Virus record (IMG/VR): IMGVR_UViG_3300033072_000473
Span: 23,212 to 87,211 of that record
DNA: 64,000 bases
Strand: one strand, 5' to 3'
DNA from: a virus
Lineage: Duplodnaviria; Caudoviricetes
Part shown: positions 9,509 to 20,128 of the stretch, in pieces
Layout: each line of letters opens with the position of its first letter
How positions within the stretch are numbered: the stretch's first letter is position 1
Translations under genes and position numbers: made by a program
Notes under the pieces: generated by a model
What the model was told of the DNA's origin: nothing
The model's database searches: none
The model's input: the letters and a program-made list of their open reading frames with translations, nothing else

Positions 9509-11306
9509 GTTCTAACCTACTAACTCCTTCCTCTTTTATAACTAAAATTTTACTAATAAGAGGGTGTGTATATCCGTGCGATATTAGGAATGTATTCAAG
9601 TACTCTTCACTAAGTAGCACTTCTACTAATTTTTCTTTTCCGAAAGTATCCAAGTTATCAATAGTTTCATCCAAGAATAAAATATTCAGTCTACACTTAG
9701 ATAGGCTAGACATTAGTTTTCGTATTGCCAGTAGTGTAGATGTTGTAACTCTTGCTAGCTCACCAGCACTTAAAGCAGTAATATCAATAGACTTACCATT
9801 ATCAATAATTACTATATTTAGTTTATCATTATGTAAACTAAACTCTAATTGAAATCTTCCATCACTAAGTTCTGCTAAATAAGTATTAGTTAGTGATTCT
9901 AAGTCTTTTACAGAATTTTCAATTTTATATGCAAGTAAGCCATTAGTAGAAAAAGCCTTTTTAAGAACTTCTAGTAAGCCCATCTGCTCCTCTACTACTT
10001 CCAGTTCCTTACTATGCTCTTCTAGTTCTTTTGTAAATTGCTGTGTTTGTTCCTTAATAGAATCAACCTTAGCATTATGCAAAACAACACTTTGATTATA
10101 CTTAGTTACTGAATCTATTTCCTTACGGATAGCCTCCAAACTAGATTGAACTTCAGCCAGTTCACTAGATATTTCCTCTTTATCTAGCAATAATTGAGGA
10201 ATAGAGTCATCAATTAAATTAGAGTATTTTTCAAAGTCTTCTACTAATTGCTGGTGTTCTTCTAATTTTGAGTTATTTGATTTAGCTTCTTTAATAATAA
10301 CAGATAGCTTATCTTTTTCAGTAGATAGTTCTGTTATTACTTTTTGTGCATCTTCAATTATCTTATTGATAATTGAAATGTCAATAGGTTGATAACAAGT
10401 ACTACAAGTACCTTCATGTATGTGTTTATGAGAGGTAATTGTTTTCTGAGCAGAAGCTACTGCCGCATTTATTTGAGCAACCCTATCACTATACTGACTA
10501 TACTCAATATACTCATATTGTTTAGCTAGTTGGCTTTTATCAATAGTTTCTAGTAGCTTTTTATACTCATTATTCTTTACAATACTTTTATTTGTAGCTT
10601 CAATAGTTGCTAAAGTAGATTTTAAAGAACTAACTCTATCAATAATGATAGGGTCTAGCACCGGTGAAGACTTTTCTACTAGATAGCTATCTACTTTGCC
10701 AGTATTTTTAGCAATCCATGCTTTAATAGTATCTAGCTTTGTCTGTACTGTAAGTAGCCTATCCGCTACGCCTTTATGTACCTTTTTGACTTCTTCAAAA
10801 ATCTTTACATAACGTTCTAGAGATAGTAGCTCAATTAAAAAGTTCTTTCTAGCTGTATCAGTAGCCGTTAAAAATTGAAGAGAGCTATTAGAGTTTTGAT
10901 AAACGATTTGACTAAATGTTTTGAAGTCTAAACCTATAATTGATTCTATTTGTTTAAAAGTATCTGTTGCTGTGTGAGAGGAAATATCCGAACCGTTCTT
11001 TAACAGTTTTACTTTTTGTGTTGCTCCAGTCCTACTAAGTTCAATCCTATAGTTATCATTAAATACTTTAAAAGTCAATGTAGCATTAAACTTATTAGTA
11101 TCTAAATTTCTATTTACAATATCACCTTTTTTAATACCTTTAGAATTCTTATTAAATAAAACCTCTTCTAGTATTAAGGGTACTGAACTTTTTCCATGCC
11201 CGTTTAATCCAATCAATTGAGTAATAGGTTCCGATGTAAAATTGATGCCATTATTAGCGCCATACGAGAACATATTACTCCATTCCAACTTCTCGAATAT
11301 AATCAT
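9501..11306 (-). CDS. D13: SbcC/Rad50-like recombination ATPase (T5 D13-like)
   Basis: Walker A GLNGHGKS, coiled coil with CSTC hook, LSAGE signature, LDE Walker B. Confidence 0.9.
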   Translation of the reverse strand: MIIFEKLEWSNMFSYGANNGINFTSEPITQLIGLNGHGKSSVPLILEEVLFNKNSKGIKKGDIVNRNLDTNKFNATLTFKVFNDNYRIELSRTGATQKVKLLKNGSDISSHTATDTFKQIESIIGLDFKTFSQIVYQNSNSSLQFLTATDTARKNFLIELLSLERYVKIFEEVKKVHKGVADRLLTVQTKLDTIKAWIAKNTGKVDSYLVEKSSPVLDPIIIDRVSSLKSTLATIEATNKSIVKNNEYKKLLETIDKSQLAKQYEYIEYSQYSDRVAQINAAVASAQKTITSHKHIHEGTCSTCYQPIDISIINKIIEDAQKVITELSTEKDKLSVIIKEAKSNNSKLEEHQQLVEDFEKYSNLIDDSIPQLLLDKEEISSELAEVQSSLEAIRKEIDSVTKYNQSVVLHNAKVDSIKEQTQQFTKELEEHSKELEVVEEQMGLLEVLKKAFSTNGLLAYKIENSVKDLESLTNTYLAELSDGRFQLEFSLHNDKLNIVIIDNGKSIDITALSAGELARVTTSTLLAIRKLMSSLSKCRLNILFLDETIDNLDTFGKEKLVEVLLSEEYLNTFLISHGYTHPLISKILVIKEEGVSRLELG

Positions 11307-12249
11307 CGTAAATAGATTTTATCCTGATGATTTTAGTATCATCTAATTTCATTACTTCTTTTAAGTATACACCTAATTCATCCTTTATAGACATATCAGC
11401 CGTAAGTTGTAGAGAAGATTTAGACTCTTTCCTAATAATCTTTTTATCCAGTAGCTCTGAGTCTACTTTAATCGACATATCGGCAGCATCACCTTCTAGC
11501 TCATATATAGTATGATGAAAGTCAGTTTTAATCATCTGATCTTTAGAAGTAACAGTTTTTCTAATTAACTGTGGTAAGTCTAGTTTTATAAACTTATGAG
11601 ATAGACTAGAACTATCTATAACTATAACTCCTGTAGTAGCCTCATTTCTATGAAAGCTAGTGGTCATTGGAGAACCTGGGTATAGAATATTTCGCTGACA
11701 GTTTTCATAACTATGAAGGTCACCTGCTAGTACTACTTCCCACCTTTCAAATAGTTCAAGAGGTACTTCAGGTTGAACATGTGGAGGTATTTCACCACGT
11801 ACATGCGTACATAGGATCTTGTTATGGAAGTCAACATCTTGTGGGTGATACTCTTTAAGTTTATTGTAGGGAATAATATCTAAAAGATCATCGCTATAGA
11901 AGTCATCAATAATAGATGCCCAAGACTCAGTAGCAGAAGCCGTAATGTCTTTAAGATTTGTCAAGAAGCTTGTATTCTTCTTAACGGCTTCATGATTTCC
12001 AGGGTATATAAGTGTATTTAGATGATACTTTTTAATAGTATTTAAGAACTCAAAGTATAGCTCTAGTTCTTCCATACTCGGCATTTTATCAAAAATATCA
12101 CCACCAATAATTAGCATACTACAATTTTCAGCTTCATATACTTCTGCAATACTGGAGAATAGTTGTCTAAATCTATTCTTTTGCCAGTCTACTGGAACAT
12201 TTTTCTGCCCCAGCTTAATGTGCCAATCTGCACTAAATAGGATCTTCAT
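11275..12249 (-). CDS. D12: SbcD/Mre11-like nuclease (T5 D12-like)
   Basis: ADWH, GGDIFD, GNH, GDLH phosphoesterase motifs. Confidence 0.9.
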   Translation of the reverse strand: MKILFSADWHIKLGQKNVPVDWQKNRFRQLFSSIAEVYEAENCSMLIIGGDIFDKMPSMEELELYFEFLNTIKKYHLNTLIYPGNHEAVKKNTSFLTNLKDITASATESWASIIDDFYSDDLLDIIPYNKLKEYHPQDVDFHNKILCTHVRGEIPPHVQPEVPLELFERWEVVLAGDLHSYENCQRNILYPGSPMTTSFHRNEATTGVIVIDSSSLSHKFIKLDLPQLIRKTVTSKDQMIKTDFHHTIYELEGDAADMSIKVDSELLDKKIIRKESKSSLQLTADMSIKDELGVYLKEVMKLDDTKIIRIKSIYDDYIREVGME

Positions 12250-12406
12250 GCTTAGGTTTATTATAACTTGTCAGAATTCTAGTTCTGTACTCTTTAAGTG
12301 CTCTATCAAACTCTTTTATAATACGATCAGGGCAGCCCCATTCATACTCATATATTGTTGCGAGCACCCAGCGTAATTCTGCTTCATTTAACTTATAGCT
12401 TTTCAT
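12233..12406 (-). CDS. Small hypothetical protein (57 aa, not in ORF track)
   Basis: MKSYKLNEAELRW... fills the gap between D11 and D12. Confidence 0.5.
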   Translation of the reverse strand: MKSYKLNEAELRWVLATIYEYEWGCPDRIIKEFDRALKEYRTRILTSYNKPKHEDPI

Positions 12407-12413
12407 AAAATAG

Positions 12414-12438
12414 AAAAGCCGGGAATACTCCCGGCTTT
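12414..12438. terminator. Rho-independent terminator
   Basis: AAAGCCGGGA-ATAC-TCCCGGCTTT. Confidence 0.8.
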
Positions 12439-12442
12439 AATC

Positions 12443-13087
12443 TTAGTACGGAATATCGTCTACAGATTCCTGCATCTCTTCCGGTACTTCTTCATCAGAT
12501 TTAGCACTGTCAAGAATATTTTCTTCAATAAACTTCTTCTGTTCGTCTGCTGTTAGACGCGGAACTAGTTCATCAATACTTTGAGCACTTTCTACAATCT
12601 GCAATTCTTCATCAGTAAGAGCACGCTTTTTACAACGTAGTACACTAAGAGTATATTCTACGTTGAAAGCAAGACTACCTGTTTTTTGCTTTTTGAATAC
12701 AATATCCCAGCCATCTTCTACAGAGGTAGGGTCGCCAAGGTCTTCTGCTGCATTAAGAATCTGTTCAAAGAGTTTCTTTTTAAGATTAATAACTACAGGC
12801 TTCTTTTCAGCTACATCAAACCCTTGTACAACATAAGCCCAAGAACACTTCAGGTCAGGGAAGTATTCACGCACCCAATCCTTTTCCTGATTAGTAAACT
12901 TTTCTTTATTACGATCAAACGACAAGCACTCTACAGGAAGGTCCTTACCATTCTTACCCTTAAGCCAATAAATATAGCGTGGGAGAACTTCACCAAAGAT
13001 GCGAATAGTATTTTCGCCATCTTTAAAAGCGTATGCATTAGCACCCTTTTTAGCCTTACCTGCTACTTCTCCAAATTTGATTGCCAT
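12443..13087 (-). CDS. D11: ssDNA-binding protein (T5 D11-like)
   Basis: Acidic C-tail; KTGSLAFNVEY; synteny. Confidence 0.75.
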   Translation of the reverse strand: MAIKFGEVAGKAKKGANAYAFKDGENTIRIFGEVLPRYIYWLKGKNGKDLPVECLSFDRNKEKFTNQEKDWVREYFPDLKCSWAYVVQGFDVAEKKPVVINLKKKLFEQILNAAEDLGDPTSVEDGWDIVFKKQKTGSLAFNVEYTLSVLRCKKRALTDEELQIVESAQSIDELVPRLTADEQKKFIEENILDSAKSDEEVPEEMQESVDDIPY

Positions 13088-13433
13088 AGTATTCCTCGTA
13101 TTTAAATAATATTTCTTTGCCTACTATCTTTAGTAGTCTGTTTGATTTAAGTTTATTTAAGTCTATATCGTAAGCGTAGTATATTGATAACTTTGCATTA
13201 TGCAAGTATTCTGCATCAAAATAATTTCTTCTTGATGCTAAAGCTATATATTCAACTAACTCTGCATCATATGTATTTGGTAACTTAAATAACTCAGTAT
13301 GTTCGAGTAAAAAACTAGTTCCTGAAAACCTTTTATACTCGCCTGATTTAAAACACTTTAATATCTTAAAAATGTTAAAGTTACAATGTTTGGTTATCTT
13401 TTCCCAAGAAAAGAAAGTAGGATACTCCCTCAT
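13056..13433 (-). CDS. Conserved T5-like hypothetical protein
   Basis: ORF track; EYIALASRRNY motif; position between D10 and D11. Confidence 0.6.
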   Translation of the reverse strand: MREYPTFFSWEKITKHCNFNIFKILKCFKSGEYKRFSGTSFLLEHTELFKLPNTYDAELVEYIALASRRNYFDAEYLHNAKLSIYYAYDIDLNKLKSNRLLKIVGKEILFKYEEYYGNQIWRSSR

Positions 13434-13473
13434 TGTTTATAAATTATAACATGATTAGATATTAAATTCAAGA

Positions 13474-14769
13474 TTATTTATCTAGTACTCTAATCTTATA
13501 ACCCTTTCTTAGATAATGATTATATCTGTTACGGGCTTGGTTAACTGTCTGTGAACCTTTTAAATTAATATCTATAATTAAAGGCTGCTTTTTTCCTTCT
13601 TTTAGTCGTACAATTCTACCTATTAACTGTGTTAGCATTGGATCGTTGTTAATAGGTGTTGCTAAAATAATACAACTCAAATCATTTTGAGATATACCTT
13701 CTGCAAAAATAGAACAAGTTCCATATATAATATGTTTATCTCCAGTAGCTACAGAATCTAAAATATCTTGTCTATCCTGCATATTTTTTATAGCCCCAGT
13801 AATTGCGGCAGCAGGATTTTGAGAATCTCTAGCACACTTTTCTAAAAAGTCTACCCTTGAACCAACTACTAGCACTTTATGTCCTACATTTACAGCACTA
13901 TCAGCAAGTTCAACCACTAGTTTCTTATAGGGTATAGTATGATTCTCTAGGTTAGTTACTTTATCTGCCCACGTAGATCCACTAGGCATAATAATATCTG
14001 TATTTACTATAAGTACTTCTGGAGTTAAGCAATTTTCTGGATCAGGTTTATAGATATTAAACCCAAAGTAATCATTAAATACTACGTGCTTACCGTCTTT
14101 ACGTTCTAGTGTACCAGATAAACCTATTTTATATCTAGCTTTACACTTATCAATAATATTGGAAAAGGTTGTAGCAGGAGTATGGTGACATTCATCAACA
14201 ATAATTGTACCAAATATATCACTAATTTGTGGTATACATTTAGTTAGTGTCTGTACATTACCAATTACAATAGGTGAATCTAGGTTAAACTTACCACTAC
14301 CAATAACTCCTGCTTGAATTCCAAGAGTTTTTTCTACTTCTTTTACCCATTGGTCTCTAAGCATTGTTGTATGCGTTACTACCAAGGTTTTCTGCGATAG
14401 TTTGGAGGCTATAGCAATAGCGGCAAAGGTTTTACCCCAACTTACAGGAGCGTTCACAATAGCACTATCATCAATATCATCAAATACTACTTGTTGTGAA
14501 TCTCGAAGTGGAAACTTAAACTTAGGAAACTCAACAGGAACTAATACTCGTTTATCTACTATCTCATAGTCAGCAGGTATTAAGTCCATTCTTCCAGAGG
14601 GTATAGAAAATATTCCGTCCTTAAGCCTAGAGAACGTCTTAATAATTTCAGGGCCGGTATTTAGCTTTGCATACTTTTGTGGTATCCTATAGGTTAGTTC
14701 TGAAATTATTCTTTCCTGTAGCTCTTTATCTACATTGAGAATTATTCTATTTGATAGTACAGCCTTCAT
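13474..14769 (-). CDS. D10: SF2 helicase (T5 D10-like)
   Basis: APVSWGKT, DECH, LSGT, QLIGRIVR motifs. Confidence 0.9.
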   Translation of the reverse strand: MKAVLSNRIILNVDKELQERIISELTYRIPQKYAKLNTGPEIIKTFSRLKDGIFSIPSGRMDLIPADYEIVDKRVLVPVEFPKFKFPLRDSQQVVFDDIDDSAIVNAPVSWGKTFAAIAIASKLSQKTLVVTHTTMLRDQWVKEVEKTLGIQAGVIGSGKFNLDSPIVIGNVQTLTKCIPQISDIFGTIIVDECHHTPATTFSNIIDKCKARYKIGLSGTLERKDGKHVVFNDYFGFNIYKPDPENCLTPEVLIVNTDIIMPSGSTWADKVTNLENHTIPYKKLVVELADSAVNVGHKVLVVGSRVDFLEKCARDSQNPAAAITGAIKNMQDRQDILDSVATGDKHIIYGTCSIFAEGISQNDLSCIILATPINNDPMLTQLIGRIVRLKEGKKQPLIIDINLKGSQTVNQARNRYNHYLRKGYKIRVLDK

Positions 14770-15302
14770 AATTTTAGTCTACTAGGTTTTCTATATTCAC
14801 GCTCTAGTTCATACAGTAAGTAACCCATACCCACACGTAACACTCTAGCAAACTTTTCATCCACATGCGGCGCACGATTTAAAAAGAAGCTACAATGAAT
14901 TCCGTGTACTTTAATAATATACCCCTCTGAAACTTCTATAAACTCTTGTATCTTGAAGGACTCTAATTTAAAGAACTTTGATTTTGTATAGTTAAATATT
15001 TTACCTTTGCTATCTATAAATTTAGATGCAGGGGTATGCAAAATATCTATAATACTATATAGTGGCTTAGATAGTTTAAATAATTTCTTACTAAACATAT
15101 CTGCTGAAGCTTGATGCTGTAGTCTACGTAACCCAAGGGTCTCACCGGGCATGGACATATTGTCCAGAACCCGGTGATTACCTTCTAGGTCCTCTACAAT
15201 TAAACAATTATCTATAGTCTGTATGCAGTGCTCTTTAGCAATTGGGAATATAGGAAATTGGATCTGCCAAAAATTTAGCATACTCTTCACCAAACTTATC
15301 AT
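14766..15302 (-). CDS. Conserved T5-like hypothetical protein
   Basis: ORF track; position after DNA polymerase. Confidence 0.6.
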   Translation of the reverse strand: MISLVKSMLNFWQIQFPIFPIAKEHCIQTIDNCLIVEDLEGNHRVLDNMSMPGETLGLRRLQHQASADMFSKKLFKLSKPLYSIIDILHTPASKFIDSKGKIFNYTKSKFFKLESFKIQEFIEVSEGYIIKVHGIHCSFFLNRAPHVDEKFARVLRVGMGYLLYELEREYRKPSRLKL

Positions 15303-17538
15303 CGAATTTACCGAAGCTATAGTCGTCGCCTACATCTTGGTCAACTCCAATGGGAAATCCGGAAATAGAAAAACCTCTATCTTTTTGAGTACAGCTTTTA
15401 AGAATAGCCTTATACTCGTCTACTTGATCTTCACGAACTTCAGCAACAATAGAGTCGTGCACAAGCATAAATACTTTAGCATCTAGTTTGTATGCTTTGA
15501 TAGCTTTTAGTACATCTACTACAGCAATCAAGTTTACATCGCTAGCCAATGCTTGTACCATAGCGTTAATACCGCTACGAACTTCGTGAGATGCAATACC
15601 CTTATCGCTAGAAAATACGTTTTTTAAACGACGTTTACGACCAAAGCTAGTATAGCAGTAACCGTCTTTCTCAATCTGAGCTTTGCAGTCATCTAGCCAT
15701 TTACGCAGCTTTTTAAAAGTATTGAAATACTGTTCAATAACCTCTCGTGCTTCACCTACTGACATAGGAGTACCAGATTTAGTTACAGTATCTGCAACTT
15801 TTTGAGGGCCAGAACCGTATAGAATACCAAAGGTAATTGCCTTAGCTGCTTGACGATCGCCCGGATATAGCTTCTTTACATCATCTACTTCACATGGAAG
15901 ATTGAAAACCATCTTAGCAATAGTAGAGTGCAAGTCACCACCAGACTTAAACACATCTTGTAGTTTTGGATCCTTGCTAAGTACAGAAGCATAATAAACT
16001 TCTGCAGTTGATAAGTCTTGGGATACTATTTTATAGCCAGGTCTGGCAACAATAGATCCTTTAACTCGCGCTTCATCTCTTGGAATTTGTTGGGCGTTGA
16101 ACTTACCACTACTAGACAATCTTCCAGAGGTTGTAGTAATAAGATTAAAACCTGTACGAATTCTCCCATCTTTATCTAACTCAGTAATTAGTTTATCAAT
16201 ATAAGTATTCTTAATCTTATTAAGTTTACGAATAGTTAATAAGCTGTTAACAATAGGATGCTGACCTTCTAGAGATTCTAGAACTTCTGCATCAGTACTT
16301 TGTACACCTGTGCTAGTAAGTTTATGTAGAGGATTCAGTCCAAGTCGATCAAATAAAAGCTCACGCAATTGTTGAACAGAATTAGGGTTAAAAGAAGCTC
16401 CACGAGAGGCTTCTAGCTCTTTGATTTCACTAAAACTATAAAGATTATTAGTAGCCTTTTCAATAGCTTCATTGATAGTTACTTGAGCAAACTTAAGTCT
16501 ATCAATACTTAGTGGAATACCTGCTTCTTCAATTTCTTTAAGAGCAGTAGAGCCTGGAATCATTAGATTATAATATACATTCTTTAACTTTGGGTTCTTA
16601 TCAATCAAAGGTTTAAACATATAGTATAGTTCTAGAGTTACTGCTGTATCCATTGCAGCATACTCTGAAATGATTTCAAAAGGAATTAAATCATAAGAAA
16701 ACTCTTCTTCTTTAATCTTATGAGTCTTACAATAAGACTTCTTAAATTCCTCTAGGGCTGAATCATAGTCTCCAAACTTGGTGTACTTAATTGCTAGAGT
16801 TTTTAGACCATGAGTTCCTTGTGTTTCATCAAGGAGATAATGCATAAGAATAGTATCATCATAGTCTTCACGGAATTGAAAACCAAAGTGATACTCAAGC
16901 ATTTTCAAGTCAAACTTACTGTTATGAAAAACAGTACGATGTTTCAAAAATACTCGCTGCATAATATCATATACGCGCTCACTAATTACATCACTGGAGA
17001 TGTAAGCGGCTTTTTTAAGCTTAGAGCATAGAGAGATACCAAGAACAAAGCCATCACGCGGGTACAGTGCAGTAGTTTCCGTGTCCACTGCTGTAACACC
17101 ACTTTGTTCCGTATCTTTTTCCCACTCTACAATCCAGTTGTAGGCTTCTTCTTCGTCAAGGATACCAACATAGTCTCCAGAACGGTCTACTAGCTCTTCT
17201 CCTGAAAGAATTTTATGCAACTGTTCTAGTGAACGCTCAAAGGCAGGTTTAGCTTCCGGCTTAAAAATAACCATACTGGGATTAGTAAGTGGAATAAACT
17301 TGCCATCAATGCATGTACCTGAATGTTCAGATACACTAGCTTTTGTATATTGTTTTGTAGCTTCAGAACCTACCAAAACTACATATTCATACTCGTCAAT
17401 ATTTACTTCAATATCAACGTCTTTCTTCAAAATCTTAGGTAGCTTCTTAGAGCATAGGTGATATAGATCAAATTCAAAATCAAAGTAATTCTGATATTTG
17501 ATATTACTTGGGCATTTATCAATAACAGCAATTTTCAT
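15235..17538 (-). CDS. Family A DNA polymerase with 3'-5' exonuclease
   Basis: DTET, FDL, YAAMD exonuclease motifs; TGRLSS, RQAAKAITFGILYG, VHDS polymerase motifs; no intein apparent. Confidence 0.97.
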   Translation of the reverse strand: MKIAVIDKCPSNIKYQNYFDFEFDLYHLCSKKLPKILKKDVDIEVNIDEYEYVVLVGSEATKQYTKASVSEHSGTCIDGKFIPLTNPSMVIFKPEAKPAFERSLEQLHKILSGEELVDRSGDYVGILDEEEAYNWIVEWEKDTEQSGVTAVDTETTALYPRDGFVLGISLCSKLKKAAYISSDVISERVYDIMQRVFLKHRTVFHNSKFDLKMLEYHFGFQFREDYDDTILMHYLLDETQGTHGLKTLAIKYTKFGDYDSALEEFKKSYCKTHKIKEEEFSYDLIPFEIISEYAAMDTAVTLELYYMFKPLIDKNPKLKNVYYNLMIPGSTALKEIEEAGIPLSIDRLKFAQVTINEAIEKATNNLYSFSEIKELEASRGASFNPNSVQQLRELLFDRLGLNPLHKLTSTGVQSTDAEVLESLEGQHPIVNSLLTIRKLNKIKNTYIDKLITELDKDGRIRTGFNLITTTSGRLSSSGKFNAQQIPRDEARVKGSIVARPGYKIVSQDLSTAEVYYASVLSKDPKLQDVFKSGGDLHSTIAKMVFNLPCEVDDVKKLYPGDRQAAKAITFGILYGSGPQKVADTVTKSGTPMSVGEAREVIEQYFNTFKKLRKWLDDCKAQIEKDGYCYTSFGRKRRLKNVFSSDKGIASHEVRSGINAMVQALASDVNLIAVVDVLKAIKAYKLDAKVFMLVHDSIVAEVREDQVDEYKAILKSCTQKDRGFSISGFPIGVDQDVGDDYSFGKFDDKFGEEYAKFLADPISYIPNC

Positions 17539-18383
17539 AGTAGTGTCTTTAAGCGTCTTATATCTTCTTTTGAAAGTGATCCGGGGTCAGTATCTTCTGG
17601 CAATTCTATATTATCCACTATAAAGCCAGACTTTTCAAGATGAGGTTTTAATATCTCAACAGCTTTCTGACCTGGGGCATCTCCATCGTATAAAAATACG
17701 ATCTTATGAATACCTTGTAGCTTAAGACCTAGTATCTTTTCTTTATTTAAGCCTTTTACGGAACCTAGACCTTGAGTTCCCATTGTAGCAACAACATTTT
17801 TAATACCATTATCGTATAAGTTTAGCATATCAAATATGCCCTCTACTAGAATAACAGTACCATTATTATCTTCTATTTTGGCAGGGAATAGTGGAACCTC
17901 TACACCACTAGGAAAGTTTAAATATCTAGGTGTTCCTGCACTAAGTATATGCCTGCCTACAAAGCAAACAATTTTATCTTTTGAGTCCCTTAGTGGGAAT
18001 ACTACTCTATCCTCATAGTCTTTATGTGTAAAAGCATTAAAGTACTGTAGAGTAGCAGGACTAATTCCTCGAAATTCTCTAGTGTATGGTTGAGCACCTT
18101 TAGGCATCTCTAAACCATAACTATCTGCGTATATCTTTGCAATTTTATCACGTATTTTTGTTACGTATATACTTTGAGTATCAGCAATTAACCCAAAGTA
18201 TTTATAAATATTTAGTTTAAATCCACAAGAGAAGCAATGGCCGATACCCGTCAACTTATCAATCCTAAGTGACGGGTCTCGATCATTATGCTCTGGGTTT
18301 AAGCAGCGGATAAGAAAGTCTTTACCGCTAACTTTATATTCAAGTTTATTAGATTGTATTAACTCTAAAACGGTCATTACCAC
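17535..18383 (-). CDS. DNA primase (Zn finger + TOPRIM)
   Basis: RCLNPEH...CFSCG; LVEGIFD; YDGD. Confidence 0.9.
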   Translation of the reverse strand: MVMTVLELIQSNKLEYKVSGKDFLIRCLNPEHNDRDPSLRIDKLTGIGHCFSCGFKLNIYKYFGLIADTQSIYVTKIRDKIAKIYADSYGLEMPKGAQPYTREFRGISPATLQYFNAFTHKDYEDRVVFPLRDSKDKIVCFVGRHILSAGTPRYLNFPSGVEVPLFPAKIEDNNGTVILVEGIFDMLNLYDNGIKNVVATMGTQGLGSVKGLNKEKILGLKLQGIHKIVFLYDGDAPGQKAVEILKPHLEKSGFIVDNIELPEDTDPGSLSKEDIRRLKTLL

Positions 18384-19759
18384 GGTAAGTCTTCCTTATC
18401 TACTGGAGTTTGCGCTTGCGCAGGTTTTTCTTTCTTTTCTTTTGCTTCTAGTTTTTTAACTGGTGTTGGTATTTCTGAAGGATCAATCTTAAGTGTATCC
18501 CAATCCATTCCACTACTAAACTTAATAGGCGAACCGCCACGAATTTTAGTAGTTTCAAAGGTTAGGGCGTTATCTTCTCTAGTATGCGCATCTAGTAGCA
18601 GCGCAATATCCGCTGCATCTAGAATACCTTTTGCAAAGCGTGTGCCACCAGAATCATCAATCTGATATGGTGAGAAAATACAAACATCGTACTTTCTAGC
18701 AAACTCTTTCATCTTTTTAGAGATATAAATTTGTGTAGCCCAGTCATACATGCCTTCTTCACTACCAGGTACTACAATCTGATTCAAGTAGTCAATAACT
18801 GCTAGTTTCAACCCATCACCTAGTTGAGCTTTTAGCTTTTGTAAATGAAGATCAATTGCAGTTATAGTTAACTCTCTATCATCAATAATTACTAATTGAT
18901 TTTGCTTGAGAGATTTTGTACGAAGTAAATCACTTTCAAACTTGAACTTATCTTTATGCTCTAGAAATTCATTGACTAAACTATCTGCATCTTCAAACAT
19001 AGATGCTCTAGCTTTTACCAATTTAATAATATCAGTAAACTCTAGGTTATTCTGTCGTACTTTGGCGTGGGACACGCCCGACATTATAGATAGTTGACGC
19101 TCAAAGATTTCATTACCCGTCATTTCAATAGTAAAGTACACAGCAGAATTGCCAATATCCAGTTGATTAACACATAGATTTGTACATACAATTGATTTAC
19201 CAGAACCACGTTTACCGCCTACAAGGATTAACTCTTGTCTATAGGCTCCACCAAGTGCACTATCAAAGGTATTGTTAATACCAAGGGGGAATCTAGCATG
19301 ATTTTTATCTTCATCACGCTTAAACAGCGAAATAGAATTCATAGAGATAACTGTTTCACTAGTATGAGTCTTTTCATCTAGCTTCATTGCAATATTTGCA
19401 ATATTATCTTTAATCTCTTGAGTGGTACAAAGTGTTATATTGTCAATAAACCTATCTATCATTCTCAATGCTTCAGTTTGCGTATAACTGTCAATTAAAG
19501 CATCAATAGCTAAGTCTATTTCTACATCCGGGACTTCTAAATCTTTTAACGAGGCAAGCGCCCTAGTTAATGGTGTATCTCTAGTAGTAAGTTCTAAGTC
19601 TTCGAAACTAGGTATAGTATTATACTTATTGTAATACTTGGTAATAGCAGTATATAAGCTACTGTATGAAGGGTCAAGAAAGGCAAGTTTAATTCTAGCC
19701 CATGCCTCTAGGCTCTTCTCTTTTAGCAGTTTATGTAAAACTATTGCCCCAATATCCAT
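18377..19759 (-). CDS. Replicative DnaB-like helicase
   Basis: GGKRGSGKS Walker A, FTIEM, IDYLN. Confidence 0.9.
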   Translation of the reverse strand: MDIGAIVLHKLLKEKSLEAWARIKLAFLDPSYSSLYTAITKYYNKYNTIPSFEDLELTTRDTPLTRALASLKDLEVPDVEIDLAIDALIDSYTQTEALRMIDRFIDNITLCTTQEIKDNIANIAMKLDEKTHTSETVISMNSISLFKRDEDKNHARFPLGINNTFDSALGGAYRQELILVGGKRGSGKSIVCTNLCVNQLDIGNSAVYFTIEMTGNEIFERQLSIMSGVSHAKVRQNNLEFTDIIKLVKARASMFEDADSLVNEFLEHKDKFKFESDLLRTKSLKQNQLVIIDDRELTITAIDLHLQKLKAQLGDGLKLAVIDYLNQIVVPGSEEGMYDWATQIYISKKMKEFARKYDVCIFSPYQIDDSGGTRFAKGILDAADIALLLDAHTREDNALTFETTKIRGGSPIKFSSGMDWDTLKIDPSEIPTPVKKLEAKEKKEKPAQAQTPVDKEDLPW

Positions 19760-19761
19760 GT

Positions 19762-20061
19762 TTAGGAAACTCTTGTCTCGTTATCCTTGATAACTGTATT
19801 TAACTCATTTACTAGTCTTGATAGTACTGTTTCTTTTAATTCTTTTAACTTATCATTATATAACCCTCCAGAATCAAAAAGTATGCCTAATTGATCATAG
19901 GTTATTGCTTGTTGTAGTCCGAAGTACACAATATCCCAAGGATCATTAGAGCTTGGAAATACTTCTACTTCGGTATATTCGCCAAATAACTCTTTAGCTT
20001 GGCGAATTACTTCATCTTTTGTAAGAGAAGTATGGTCATAATATGTAATTCGTACTTTCAT
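19762..20061 (-). CDS. Hypothetical protein
   Basis: ORF track; synteny with T5 block. Confidence 0.55.
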   Translation of the reverse strand: MKVRITYYDHTSLTKDEVIRQAKELFGEYTEVEVFPSSNDPWDIVYFGLQQAITYDQLGILFDSGGLYNDKLKELKETVLSRLVNELNTVIKDNETRVS

Positions 20062-20128
20062 AGTCTATAAACTAAAAATGGCGGCTTTGTTAAAACAAAA
20101 CCGCCATTTTGCAAATAATAATTAAGAA